From the NCBI GenBank assembly GCA_944381205.1, contig CALWKG010000003.1, positions 27,573-91,572 of the forward strand: a DNA stretch of 64,000 nucleotides. The letters run 5' to 3'. Positions 43,201 to 49,000 of the stretch are shown here, piece after piece (position 1 is the stretch's first letter; each line of letters starts with the position of its first letter). The notes beneath the pieces are model-generated. The model saw only the letters and a list, made by a program, of their open reading frames with translations. It was not told the origin of the DNA and ran no database searches. The position numbers and the translations under genes are program-made. The stretch is from an uncultured Clostridia bacterium (GTDB lineage: Bacteria > Bacillota > Clostridia > Christensenellales > UBA1242).

Positions 43201-45620
43201 TTGCTCTTGGCGGTGTGGTAGGCTTGTATAGGGGTGGACAGTTAAGGTCGTTTGATGCCGTAAAGGTAAACGGCGGTATGTACGGCGGTGGTATCGTGGG
43301 TGAACTTAAAGGCGATTTCCCTAGCATAGATGGGTTTGTTCCAGATAGCATTATGTCCGAGTATGCTGGCGGGCTTATTGGTAGGTATGTTTCGGGCAGT
43401 ATTTTGGGTTCAGAAATTAGAAATCAAAACAATGTTGACATATACGGCTCTAAGGCCGCGGGTGGTATTGTTGGCTTTGCTATGAAAGATACAAACAGCA
43501 CTAATAATAAAATTGAAATTATGGTGAGTAGGATTTCTTCTGGCAGTGGCGACCAATTAGACATTTCTAGCGAAAACTACACCGGTGGGCTTATAGGCGA
43601 AGTGAGAGATTTGGAAATTCACGTAAATAGAGCCTTTACAGTAATAGGCAACCTTAGCGGAAAGTACATCGGCGGTATAGTAGGGCATATGAAGGGCACA
43701 AATGCAAAACTAGGCGGAACTGACCAACGTAGCAGAAGCAGTGTAACCTTCTCGTGCAAAGTAGACGTGATAGGTAATGAGTCTTACTTTGGCGGAGTAG
43801 TAGGTCATTTGGAAGAAGGTGCAGTGTTCTTTATCTATATGAGAGAAGACACCTGCGACAGTTTGACCCTTGGTATAGAAAGCAACTTAATAGTAGGCAG
43901 TGTGGTTGGTATGAGTTACGGCGGTTACATTTATAACTGCGAAAACAACTTTGACCAGTTTAGCGACGTTGTGGCAGACCAAAATGACGTTGTTAAGATT
44001 ACTATACAGGGCGGAATTGTCGGGGTTGCAAGTCATACCTACGTTGTGGATTGCGTAAACAATGCCGATATAAAAGCAATTAGTCCTAACGTCATACTTG
44101 GCGGTATCGCTGGTAAGGCTGTATCTGCAACAATAGCAGGCGCTACAAACAATGGAGATTTGATATTGGGCGCTACTCCAACCTTTGTAGGCAATGGTTA
44201 CAATTCGATTGCCACAAAAGACGTGGGTCCTTGGGCAGAGTCAGAAACAAAACCATCGGGTATTCGTGGCTCGTCGGCAAATGTTACTAGTTTCTCTCAA
44301 TTCCTAAGTTCTAGCAACGGGACTGTTGGTGGCATAGTTGGGGTTGCCAGTGTCGAAAGAACTACCGAAGAAGGTCAAGCAACTATTGAAAAGACTATTG
44401 TAGAAGGCACTAACAATGCCGACGTCTACGGGTATTATTACTATTCTACTAGAAGTTCCAACGGAGAAGCACCTGAGTATGATAAACTTTATTCCTACAA
44501 CCCTGAGGGAGATGACGCGGACTTAGCATACAAGGTATATGTTTCTGACAAACGTGGTAACATAGTTGGGATTATAGATAGCAGTGAAGAATTAAAGAAG
44601 TATATTCAGGTAAAAAATTCAGGCGATACTCACCCGACTAAGACAAAGGTCGGCGAACCGCAAGAAGTCGAAATTACCTGGGCTGATAGAAACGAAAATA
44701 TAGAAATAGGTAAACAAATATCACACGTAATTGGGTATAAAATTGTGTTTAATTATCATACGTGGTTGCCGGTTGAGGGAGGAGGTTGGACAGAAAATCC
44801 TGTTGTTGTTCCGAACACAAAATATTTCTTAATGAGAGCAACAACAGACTTTGATAATAGTCTTTTGCCTAAGGAAGTCACCGGGGCAAGTCAAATTATA
44901 GTTACTTCTCAACTATTAGGACAAGGATTTGAAGAATGTAATTTGCCTATCGAAATGTTAGAAGAAACCGAAATTATAAGCGAAGACTTAGCGCACGAAA
45001 GCGAAGATACTAAGTTAAATACTACGGGTCTTCAAGGTTCTCCTACACCAGGTGTTCCTTATGATATAATTGACGTATATAAGTACACTGCTGAGATAGA
45101 CACCACGTATACATTCCAGCATTATCTATATGAAGGCTTGCAAGATGTGGGCTACACAACAGGTGATGATGGCTATGTTAGAGATGCCAAGAGTAGAGAT
45201 GAGTACCTTACTCACGAATATCAAAATATGCAGATTGTGCTTGAAATGTACGACCAATGCGTTTGCGAAGAAGGTATACTTGATATGCCAGTACTACCAA
45301 AGGTAGAAGATATTGGCTACAAAACTCAGGCATCAGGCGAAACAGGTGGCGAAACAGGTGGTGAAGAAACAACAACAAGTAACGTCATAAGTAAAAATTT
45401 GACAGCAAGTGCCAAAACGGGCAGTATTACGGGTGATAATATCACGACAAATACTAGTTTAAAAGATACTACTCAAACAACTGCTGGTAGTGATAGTTCA
45501 ACTAATTTAAGTGGGGAAACAAGCGGTGAAAGTGCTACTATTTTTAGCACCACCGCAAGTGGAACCATAAACCTAACCGGCGATAAAAAAAGAAAAGCCG
45601 ACAGGTTGTTTAAGGTTTAG
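22203..45620 (+). CDS. giant surface lipoprotein (7,805 aa) with Ig-like (Big_2-like) domains and GLUG-motif beta-helix repeat modules
   Basis: A 23.4-kb frame with no stop. ATG 22203 has 'aggtg' upstream and gives 'MKKVFVFLSIFLLSFSGVLFAC' (lipobox LFAC). Big_2-like segments include 'GSTTITFTAENGYTTSVNVLVV' and 'VASIDARNGRVTANREGTTTITVTV'. There are dozens of GG[ILV][VAI]G repeats of the type 'VGGLVGLNSGVIYN' and 'AGGIAGRMRGGTIRN'. Confidence 0.9.
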   Translation: MKKVFVFLSIFLLSFSGVLFACNEDKYADLRVVLGSVTNADSGGTLSPNEDGVYEIYYGDTVRINAEVSSSSDVSRVLDFISHSSDNFPEISSSRTQTSAEFKAEMPSKGEIFRVTVKSRETNRGSLDLRFKVLLPTDEISLSDNLGLVSGIELDLNDNVDFVSDLTSAYEPDEKGVSFAISSYIDENGDDFKVELKENGVYYIEGSSTPSFALNDGVIEIVDNTLDGQVVVEAVSEKYDVNLESNLEDMDLTDEEKQALIAENNRLKDLTNIDIVQKITLDDITFSGAQIGFMNYKSSDKQVKLSADLYNNVSSKYVYNGSEYSYQFERVNVLVASQEDFEIVYEIGDMIIGDEIYQSQSGVINVSNVSGTENNKVFEFLSGEAGTAYVDFVIQYNFDNVIEFSFSDLYLEYLNSLESSVYEQLNEYEKYTKLVFNVSRLPESITVTQDDEIVLRDGKYVDKVQTDEIAIFDTYTGTKNQNGSIIKLNLGGTGVLDENKTVRVYIKGQTAEIVVSDYLTIVDSNKTTIPLSNIDVDDVTYYYFDLDVTNEKTSMFYIRAKNVNESNLFSLEFENIIGSKVYNREGEEVTSTLAGNKVGTQVVTSKGIQSLEVKAISGTNEFVNLDVEHIGNNEDYLKQMVLSKDKKTGSLLAYFYDEGADCNITISGYDKNIIELVKTSEDDSTLEDLFGKAYDDSLLDIGGVLVFRGLKAGSTTITFTAENGYTTSVNVLVVNDVSDINFTIEELTADTVNADLLTNPDNYVSMKYGYSFDIKVNTISATGIIGTSFTSTNSAVASIDARNGRVTANREGTTTITVTVSYYTFGTIVGAGDYIVWDKAEKQLKFELEVYIPLEDIRVTQNAILVYDVNSLAYDNTDKARINIGVDIVADDATIKNDPNAVRIEVRGADYLQGVEYDINNNTIIGTNLSAVASLPKTAKSATVKFIIYVNEFGTEITRECSINIVRATQVDSIDVAVSQEDDNVVVDREQEEYSFRIRSGETVDVRAIVEPDNVLDRRLVARIESEEGDVIDIAGLSFGDSYNVSEIRLNAGETFSLGTKEGSSGTFDLILIASDSYIREDNYTTYRIIHITIEDGVKYAYSISNSQELKDIELAPEKNYMLVSDIILSSQWEPIKNFTGVLNGNNHTITGLQISKLQSNKVGLFEEINNYYSVVNEETGTTALTRYGTVYDLKLVVSSININSENSEQLLVGALAGENKGIIMNVAVEFGDIKVNALGDTNVGGLVGLNSGVIYNFSIDVHRDNEDDETIATKYFGVDPALSLFNRFETGNVPSDVNVDDCIAENYSVGNITVTSSGLAYVGGLVGRNNHRINGYYGVYSKQKQSDGTIIVTSYQSEGIDVRVDINVNGGSLTNKNSAIGGISGYNGGIISNVAVEGNIGNYSFVDGVLLGTKDNVGGIIGVNNGGYLLNATTSVKVRGEENVGGAVGLSLGSSSNKGKINNVYVESYRQFNQADNTLIVGQNNVGGIIGNASNTDIEDSYSYGYADKFEDMYVLYGDIYVYGQDAFAGGITGKNSAVSATTVFSTFNIIAGQSSNVRGLFGSGDVYVSNAFYVGVFDIIESLSSINDILGVVQMASDNVPFYYVLKYAQEDTLMQDLTTQSGFDCFVAVKYFDDGVQEDNPNIVFDCFVLGDEDEGYSLVEILKRTELLRDLPVEIDVTGAGTNATQEEDEYILEFSTNANRNVFYNYSYMDLNNNKQNVLIINYSAGLSNFELSELFTVATKPEGINRVNLLVEKVEQNNNVLTIYRNGTVTINSLGEIDLEFSLRENSSVKSRVHVIVIPNFDKLLLSTSFTYTPSLFDNTQDNPLYVVKDRAVNFNYLLVEGQENSEIGYTNNYTIEYDVLFSDTVNGEYSTSEEIEGYYSLTNGEMVISQVGYYRVAVSLVFSDNSGTKYRIKDSSWVFYLQAGVSAYDISTNADQIVIEGDSSEDILVTLIASEQEEIPNLSMRLKTPTGAEFNLIRTVVDEMTGECLYDDEASPFNISLIPHSQEQGGFHYAVSISLKDEYKDTSVVETYNLMIFDEAGALINDYADLNIVISPASLNSISLAHYTYESQMGSSSDGQNLPTEFYSYSLLQKDSIVPVYGGMLTIDLVPFYANIKSITISSSLGTAGDGVEFVQMVKVKDSLDANKFYYVYGPTTKVNADGSLSLNLVSSISNAEVIVTNGNGVLNVDGEIKYAFDEEANYPNVGRLYVRTIAPSSISELDNFDITVKVEYNWLNEDGVLTTRTETRTKRLDIVSTPGISLTTSNNGNERDIIAYTGTNLENATQADYVDVFANVEKDYEYDVSFTIISNGQDMGESTDYAVLTPQGDKYVLTLGPKAQVGDKIRLSLDVEVNYGNETVVQHYIKEIVVVDAVINSVIIEGMDENADVKMTRASARPLRIEIDGYGTNEALNTIAQNVSRAVVSPQGTPYYWFGEIGNTGNYVNINSSDLQSYLPFIVNQLPIDNENIQEYIVNSSMLGFVSGNEQSFTMAYDTIYLDGATSYDSVSLCVSFSYVYNEGRVLLVPNNINTSYKQEMYFTVSIVQGEEEDLTEINDEEDLDLLESDDGTGNYILMNDLTLDVYRPIVANCASFDGNNKVITINSFWYEAGSPDFASSLNLGLFSTISGDTIIKNLIVALPNNKTSSMGLTNYSSLNFGVIAGQNKGIITNCDVITTSVSTTPNYTLNFDTTGGRNINIGLFVGINDGIITNSRVGRDEVEVLRSESSESVIVRRVLLDDVASRTIVNVTGPANVGGFVALNSGTISSSYAKNLQIEVFDGRNQSSTNIRTAGFAVTNSGYINGSFASGYEEEDYAGTQGLRNANRKLGGGLYSNGPVSGFVFNNQNYIQDCYSNINLSGNYETSAKTNGIISRLNGENLESVSASGFVYNMSDNAYVYTSYSLSKIGVNPNTHSAFEGTLDALNVIGETVSQRGTIENCYFLRESNENFTIVEERAMELSDSVVISSTDEDVQSGVNQFTNRDSFNGFAFDYDIDDFSTYTGAGTGGVWAITLGAENSGYPELISANTIALSTRVGKTTENENGGTTTRYYYVADYELGSQNNPYLIASAEQYNNIFRAYNLGTPTGDITAKFTGNVRLINYIDFDGISPLSTSVEYTSKLGERAVFDGNYLAMYDVSLTDSSAGSHSFGLFRDIYEVGVKNITLGVSRINAGNSTSVGALAGVIVNSDISNISLVSSSSNNSGILGNNYVGGLAGIITAGSTGEIYYIANIKSNLTVMGGRDSGSSSTSSIKSSFDVWSKIEPTSASGTGGRDLRLHNLDKNVFYAGGIAGVIDLRQQTSEGGTAILSTENAKNLLVGEFAKGVDYIPETNYSVGVGVLSDYVGGLFGFIGEQTYLAKSQYIASNASSISGKQVAGGIAGVNFGFIAKTYVSYNKEIMEEEDKYLVYYALGVDYTRSSEVTDRLFSADEEEYAPKYIGGIAGINAGAGTSGSGTIADSYNRVDVKNSGSVGVGGIVGASYIGEIRNVYTTASVIANLDTKNPQDVYIGGIIGKIFDDASEGYFSDSISGEKTLTLSNIVALNAYDEDDFELLFNYNQVKPGRLGGLYGKYENQTEQKMGIVRIEPNSNIYVPTYILKNYNNEYLASISAYDDFVIGPKTNDDGDYVATYVDANADGVADSEEVTYIRLWGSETETEGNIYYDEFLAEYFSGNDNYKIDPQDYRILFGGSNIAIEANLSGDISQDEYNLLRDTYFSSVNWPRTTWQYEDADLLPLLSYGYDSSVVRIYTAEQFIQAVSSKNNAEMTYLVMNDIDFSGIKDLSPITTTFSGRLTGNAVTYTEGGREYSRYPILFNININATDVGASSYALFETVSGGSISNLNFIISDYNVQFASEVMSSAVAGILIADAENVTINNVNIYNSLIDNVSKYASNRTYSTSLSDVDFNVTQGLAYNDANIVDSISSVSYLKLAEVVGLTEYSGTTYLFTLNLDGQKNFFAVKSTITNGIETPTTLSYTIEIKQDGKINTNASTFGAIVATTGESTVTIENSGASVDVMFTYSGSVSSVYAGGIVGYGKGYIRNSSSQSKMEIQSSLANKTSGERDISSLYLGLVAGYFQGELENIYVSNGAITVGGSPQGQRTEDEIVVNSSSSGISGAYIGGVVGSLGRYQNTNSSTMTGLLESVYVYDLAIETYITGRASIAGVVGKNQAETRDIYVRQSGVTSEITSLVGGRSGGGILVHINNENSNANVAGVFAESTTSILENIYSNISIKVDSTVYNNLYLGGIIGQSTSDLQMLNVVNDAEKLEVVKNPIEREDGTVYYENDVIYVGGLVASGESITLDQAISSADIIINQENTMFVGGTVGFVKTLVVNNVIVLSDITLKRGRGNGDSYFYLNGSDYYVGGLAGQILSTLTVTGRSDEEILVASTIRDYAIAQKLDAHIGSVIGGNINAITYNGDLSKINFNENISLVLNNNNTNVTGSGGNVGISPSSVSNFSAISQLDLGAKFKEIFGLFVETSSGNLVKLETVEYQSGKYSTLYSDYCTSDDELYAGSKLNPIVYTGGSLVNSQYYILTSDLQLASTISANDTKNWVLNAQGYSITTVANGNVLPVLDTITEGSAVIGLMVNISGETSAQNSFAGIAKNNYGFIFACGVSGDINKNTNAQSVVSIVNRNYGVINSVFSLADITSIGAAGLVLYNGYDSDDFIGNIYDSYYTGSITASGGSETSTYSGMAYRSDFGVISNSYTMADIEAPETSYDNTFPVVGIDKKSGAVVKNNLYRTFYDYVAYLGNNEGTNVNSIINAGSNNELFITNLGIYVWTTTFSGDLTLDNPSNPSIGASVTIIDILQNNWIGVSNKFELINNFAVINIEESTKIDTTWFNFGYATKNLQNIFVGEDEVEKTKNYFLMIYTGNGLADISNVRGEGAPNLAEHANGFADMPYSIKHGGLLDMLVVENCRENTPKFRYYIFTRNINLIKYQNGTYWSENWDKINAIFVGSLDGDGKIVSNMFSTYGLVRAMPSVSGVVETIEVKNVKFNKGNISKTGLVAGYLGGGQIHNITITDEGDQGANYIYNGNLFDVIGKDKMDLYKTETGDIDPKFDILEETITKIDMKTFTGNNDGAITESDYIPATDLYQNEDKKTTFAGGLVGVMTGGLITNITIQKLTVMAYNEISDGDDTKVDLSKTKNEISYTGGIVGIMRGGIITSTVVEGQIEDQTIIGTIDIQGITVASSFKDSQMVQPFSYVGGIAGYMGGASSIIQGIDMKNDLNNANKSVTIATIYTAGGFVGVLDGGTVTNCNYLVYSDFSNSTGLRIGYVNWEEKDGVISATTSDLSQLSLSANIGAIYSTEFALGGIAGLMRSGTIKNSNFGSNDKSAMVNINPNSLGGFYSIHLGGIVGDLNEKQVVANSSTNSAEAIITNCKVVNSVLKMKSAQEGIVGGIAGRMRGGTIRNVSTTGSVTSLTADLTVYLNGNFEGNFDSEAVEMYKQIGDYYADNWIRLGVVSPKFKNYFGYYTENVGLGQGIEHFVDVWGGLQMKTSEGYSVAGGIVGRLIYGKLMGDYGRSEEETEQNPYGRILNNATITSNYSTGGVIGEILNTELTYSDKKSVLVSGVENTGSVYGVGAIMMTGGIGSTLVGEMDLESLKEAMFDLVGSLFSDNDFLVEAAGGLKQANAGGIVGYILSDNLRNPSPFVTIDNCASVHYNTNGIHSSPVVGSALATFSGGIVGLAHGGVSTNIVISNCESNNTLQGYLIRSFAGGIVGFLDGAMVVDCTYSASLLSQLSTLLNIGEDTGPSNEEISSGIGDFLKAFSSVLGIPNVAGGIVGYSNSGTVKDCAVSSFNVTDGGIYDKISSFVPGIIMGVRVAGGICGIAAGGEFVSDTIMYNNNMVYALYGIAGGLFGVLAGAEIDSFGGNLSLTSVFDEFLNIFKEDFWTSSDSGVDVSTEDPAGSFERGFNKIFGGSDESGAGIMVNGITGFVFGYISGGIIGYYDSATISLVDRNGNPSGNRSAKDLHGVFNFGRVYSNITLLFTSGSVIKELQELEESIMSANIDGDINDMDFDDLIPSLSKKIEDFGFGFSTGVTVDGQKIPIIEIGSTTNLLLMFDFDVSVDVDIGFDSVSGVEFGDYFTNIVANEYSWNPYWGPNDGGLEVGGLTATSNICNVGDDFFDSTIVDTADTGLLDDNINHTSDSVQAGRGSVGGIIGYKSGKNDLTISLAFNYGITLPELGGVGSFLSPAIVSSGIAGGIVGFAESGLTVTSSTNFLNVIGRTAGGIIGFADSSSVRVVSANPNVSFAGTNLTDLIKSVLNEETFYSQVQNMGMVNGEIFAGGIYGYARNATINSAQIEYLLMAHDIGYYYDWSFFGSTGGDQYNWFQSPELSGWGVLQVINSGSVISSKYAGGLIGFMDEGSGAYVARVNPGVGALLGSLDNLIDAITGNLKQNIFGCYSGGIVGYMQGGYISGTCSVGNDGFNVGKVNIAAAKSTLAFGEEKNDLIASEGQSAYKYGGFAGGVAGILRDGKIGGKNSLHPTGKILQTKVSSNVTYGMSENQDAEYVGGAIGYYDKAQIVTGTGAESSEVALLDIHVNVTGTVSNGKYVGGYFGRINDGGGISFKIGETTSETDETVKYPVIEILGLFTEMTETSSRQGTLTVKGSEGGYAGGVVGYLKNGKLQNIISSIYVTGDADSTMGGVVGYMNGGTITDVVYAKVVTDVVDPLKNEATIKYGEQLVIIDKKLDFNESHNGSVGGIVGLADVNENNNASKDNTVYINNAIVLADMSGGWYSGGIVGSLENGIIESSHVIGSVEDARYAGGIAGKIGEKGIINSSDIGQYNDNMNFTQTVDYLSKNYLNGLKILATDLEVRVNISGSFAAGGVAGLSSGNINYSNINEERVTVTSTDIPEDTEQEEASRDELFLQFPGYVGGIVGQLMGGSIGVSEDQLGDGLKVITGANVSGRTAGGVVGSMFGGEIINAKSRNVEVTDDGFYGGGFVGYMYGGQVTKVTSDENENVTVLANVNGAESDDDMDGIALGGVVGLYRGGQLRSFDAVKVNGGMYGGGIVGELKGDFPSIDGFVPDSIMSEYAGGLIGRYVSGSILGSEIRNQNNVDIYGSKAAGGIVGFAMKDTNSTNNKIEIMVSRISSGSGDQLDISSENYTGGLIGEVRDLEIHVNRAFTVIGNLSGKYIGGIVGHMKGTNAKLGGTDQRSRSSVTFSCKVDVIGNESYFGGVVGHLEEGAVFFIYMREDTCDSLTLGIESNLIVGSVVGMSYGGYIYNCENNFDQFSDVVADQNDVVKITIQGGIVGVASHTYVVDCVNNADIKAISPNVILGGIAGKAVSATIAGATNNGDLILGATPTFVGNGYNSIATKDVGPWAESETKPSGIRGSSANVTSFSQFLSSSNGTVGGIVGVASVERTTEEGQATIEKTIVEGTNNADVYGYYYYSTRSSNGEAPEYDKLYSYNPEGDDADLAYKVYVSDKRGNIVGIIDSSEELKKYIQVKNSGDTHPTKTKVGEPQEVEITWADRNENIEIGKQISHVIGYKIVFNYHTWLPVEGGGWTENPVVVPNTKYFLMRATTDFDNSLLPKEVTGASQIIVTSQLLGQGFEECNLPIEMLEETEIISEDLAHESEDTKLNTTGLQGSPTPGVPYDIIDVYKYTAEIDTTYTFQHYLYEGLQDVGYTTGDDGYVRDAKSRDEYLTHEYQNMQIVLEMYDQCVCEEGILDMPVLPKVEDIGYKTQASGETGGETGGEETTTSNVISKNLTASAKTGSITGDNITTNTSLKDTTQTTAGSDSSTNLSGETSGESATIFSTTASGTINLTGDKKRKADRLFKV

Positions 45621-45688
45621 GTATTTATTAGACAAAAAATTTAACAAGTATTGTGCAAAATTTTACATTAAACAGGTTTTATAGGATT

Positions 45689-45923
45689 AAACAGGTTTAA
45701 TAAATAACAGGTTATACACAAAAGAAGAGATTTATATCAAAATCAACAGGAAAAGAGTAAAAGTTTTACAACTTAAACACATTTACAACAAAATAGCAGG
45801 TTATATACAAAGGAACCAAAGATAAAAAATGCAGAGTAAACAGGTTTAATAAATAACAAGTTTTATATGAAAAGTTTTACAACTTAAATACATTTACAAC
45901 AAAATAGCAGGTTATATACAAAA
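45689..45923 (+). repeat. imperfect tandem duplication plus 7 copies of A(A/G)CA(G/A)GTT in the inter-giant-gene spacer
   Basis: 'aaaagttttacaacttaaaCacatttacaacaaaatagcaggttatatacaaa' at 45759-45811 is repeated with one mismatch at 45870-45923. 'taaacaggtttaataaataaca' occurs at 45688 and 45837. The octamer is found at 45671, 45690, 45706, 45795, 45839, 45855 and 45906. Confidence 0.65.
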
Positions 45924-45974
45924 GAATAAATTATATACAAAATTTTATAGGAGAAAAAAAAGGATAGGGACAAT

Positions 45975-46043
45975 ATGAAAAGACTATTTAGTGCACTGTT
46001 TGTGTTTTTAATAATGGGCTTTACATTTGTATTAGTTGGTTGT
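45975..46043 (+). other. lipoprotein signal peptide (SPase II type) of giant gene 2
   Basis: KR n-region, a hydrophobic core, and the lipobox L-V-G-C with Cys at residue 23. Confidence 0.75.
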
Positions 46044-49000
46044 AATGACAGATATGGGGGATTATCCATGTCCCTATCTTTTTCCTTTTCACCTAATGGC
46101 GAAAACGTAGAAGTCCTAGACGACGGCACCTACCGAGTGATAACCGGCGGGGGTGTTTTTGACGCAAAAAGGGACGGCAGTTATGTGATTTATATTGGGG
46201 AAGAAAATGCGAGAATTCCGCTAGACATTGTATATCACAACGCGCCAGACGACTTTAACTATGACGTAAATTTTTCCTATAATTCGGAGGCTTTTACGTG
46301 CGACAAATCGGACAAAAATTTTATAACAAACGGGATACAGGTGACCGTGGTTGCGTCTAGCATAGGCAAGGGCAACCTAACGGTAATAAATTCCGAAGCG
46401 AACATAAAATCCAGCATTTACATTGAAGTTGTTAAAATTGCAAACGAAATTAGTTTTAAAAATAGCAGTCTTGGAATTTCGGTTGAAGAAAGGTCAATCA
46501 TAAATTTTGCAAACGAATTAACGGGCATACCGCAGGGGCAAAATTTTGAGATAAGTTTTGGCACGGGCAGTGTGGAAAATTTTAGCCCAATGACCTATGA
46601 AGAACTTATGACAAAGGGCTTTAACTACAACATAAACACTAAGTCGCTATCGCTTGCCAGAACTACCAATATCGAATTAGACAGTTTTTTGGTTAAGGCT
46701 ACTTACACAAGTCCACTGGGGGAAGAACTTGTTGCCTACGCGACGATTGACGTTTTGCCCGCGCTAAGTGGTTTTGAAATTTATTTGGGTAGCGACATAG
46801 ACTCTGTTTTGCCAGAAAACAGGGTGGATTTAAACTCGGCATTAGAGTTTGTTTATAACAATGTAGACGGCAGGCTTAACTATAAAGACTTTATTTTTAA
46901 AATTAATTCCAATGGCGAAAAGGTTACTTTTGGGGCGATTTATGAAGAAGGGCTTTATCCTTTTAAGGTGGGCGAAAATATACTAACCCCACAGCCTTTG
47001 TTTAACAAAAGCCCGTACGTTTATGTAAACCAAAACGGGCAAGTGGTTGACGACTACTCGCAGGCGACCACCACTTATGGATTTTTTAGGCTAGAAGCGA
47101 TAAAAAGTACAGAAGACCCAAAATACACTAACAGCATTTATACCATTAACTTTACTTGTGATTATGCCGATTACGAGATAACAAATTACCCACTAGTTTT
47201 AAATGTAGATAGCACTATTTTTAGTTTGGTAGAAACTTTTGAGATAAACGGCGACAGTGTTGATAGCACCTTTTTTGAAAAGGGCGAACTGGCGGGCTCA
47301 ATAGACAGCATTATTGACAAGTTTTACCAAAACAAACTATACCTTAACACGTCAGGTGACATTAGCGGGGAGAGTTTTGAGATTTCGGTAGCAAGCCCAA
47401 GCAATATTAACGAGCAAAACTCAAAGTTTTACGTAGAATTTTACGACGACAACTACAATTTGATAGCCGACCCGAGTTATTATTTGACAATTAGTTACGA
47501 ATACGCGGGCAATAGTTACAATTACGTTAGTTCGGACAATCAACTATTTAGCAAGGACACGACCTTTTACATTAAGCCAAAGAGAGAAACCACTAGCGCA
47601 AACGACCAGTTTTTTATGATTATCCGTGCCGAAAAGCCAACAGATATGCCTGCGGTGGCGGGACTTCACTTTGTGGTGGTGGAAGGCATTAGCGAGATTG
47701 AAAGTTACGACTACACAAACTACACCTATTCGGTAAATGAAGAAACAGGCGAGTACATACTGGACGAGTTTGGCAACAAGATAATTGTAAATAGCGGTAG
47801 CGAAGGGGTTTTGTTTACCGAAAGCACGTCAAGTAGCAAGACTATGGTTGGGGTAGAAACCATAAACGTCGACCTAAACGTCAAGCAAGACATTTTTATT
47901 AGCCTTAATGCCGACTATGAAGAATATTCTAACGTAAGTATCCAGTCTTCCGACCCTAGCATTTTGATAATTAAGGAAATTAACGGCGGGGATATAACCG
48001 CTCAGGCTTTAAAAAAGGGTAGCGCCAAAATAATAGTTAGAGTGGAAAGTTTGTCTATGGTATACGAGATAGACATCAATGTTTTTAGCCCAATAACATC
48101 TTTTTACACAACCCTAAACACTTACGACAATGGAGTGGGCGAATACGAAATTGACGACGACAAAATTAGTACCAAAAGCGCAACCGTCGAAGCCAAGACC
48201 ACGTTTAGTGTTTTAATCTCGACTCGCCCTTTGGAAGAAAAAGTCTATGATTTGATAACTAGGCTTTATGTCAAGGTAGCCGAAAATGACTACCAACTAG
48301 TTGGCGAATACCTGGGGGCAGGTGACGGGGTTATACAAGACGGATATATAACCTACAATGCAATAAATCACAGTTTTACCTTTTATAGCGACGACGCGGA
48401 AGGTAGAGAATACATAGTTGTGTACGAAATTCACAACTTAGACGGGGCTATTTTAAGAAAGCAGATAACCCTTAAATGTTTTGTTCCAATTAGGGATATT
48501 ATGATAGAAACTACCACCACTCAAATTTACGAGCCGGACTCCATTTATTACGGCGACAAGGTTTTGAGTGCACAAGATTTGTCCCTTAGGCAAGACGACC
48601 CTAGCATATTCGGGCTAAGGGTTAACGTCAACCACGTAAGCGAAAGAATTCCGACCTTTACCTTTGAAGATTACGGGGTTATCGAGATTGAGTTTAACGG
48701 AAATATTTACAATAGGTATAGTGTAAAAAATGGGGTTTTGGTGGAAGAATACATTAGCACTTTAAGCCCAATTTCTGCACTATCTAATATAATGACTAAC
48801 GGCTATTACTGGTTTAGGCTAAACGAAGACAGAAAACTATCAAATGACAGTCTTTTAATAAATGCCTATGTTAGAGAGTTTAGTAAAAACAACTTTGAAG
48901 ACAACAAAAAGATTGAAATCATACCCGTAAGCGCGGTAAAGTCCATCGTGTCAAATGACGGCACGGACATTAATTTTAGGCAGGGTATTGACAACTCGTT

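Noticed and set aside
45540-45620. 'INLTGDKKRK' at the C-terminus of giant protein 1 considered as an LPXTG sortase signal.
   Set aside because: It does not match LPXTG: there is no Pro, and no hydrophobic segment lies between the motif and the basic tail.
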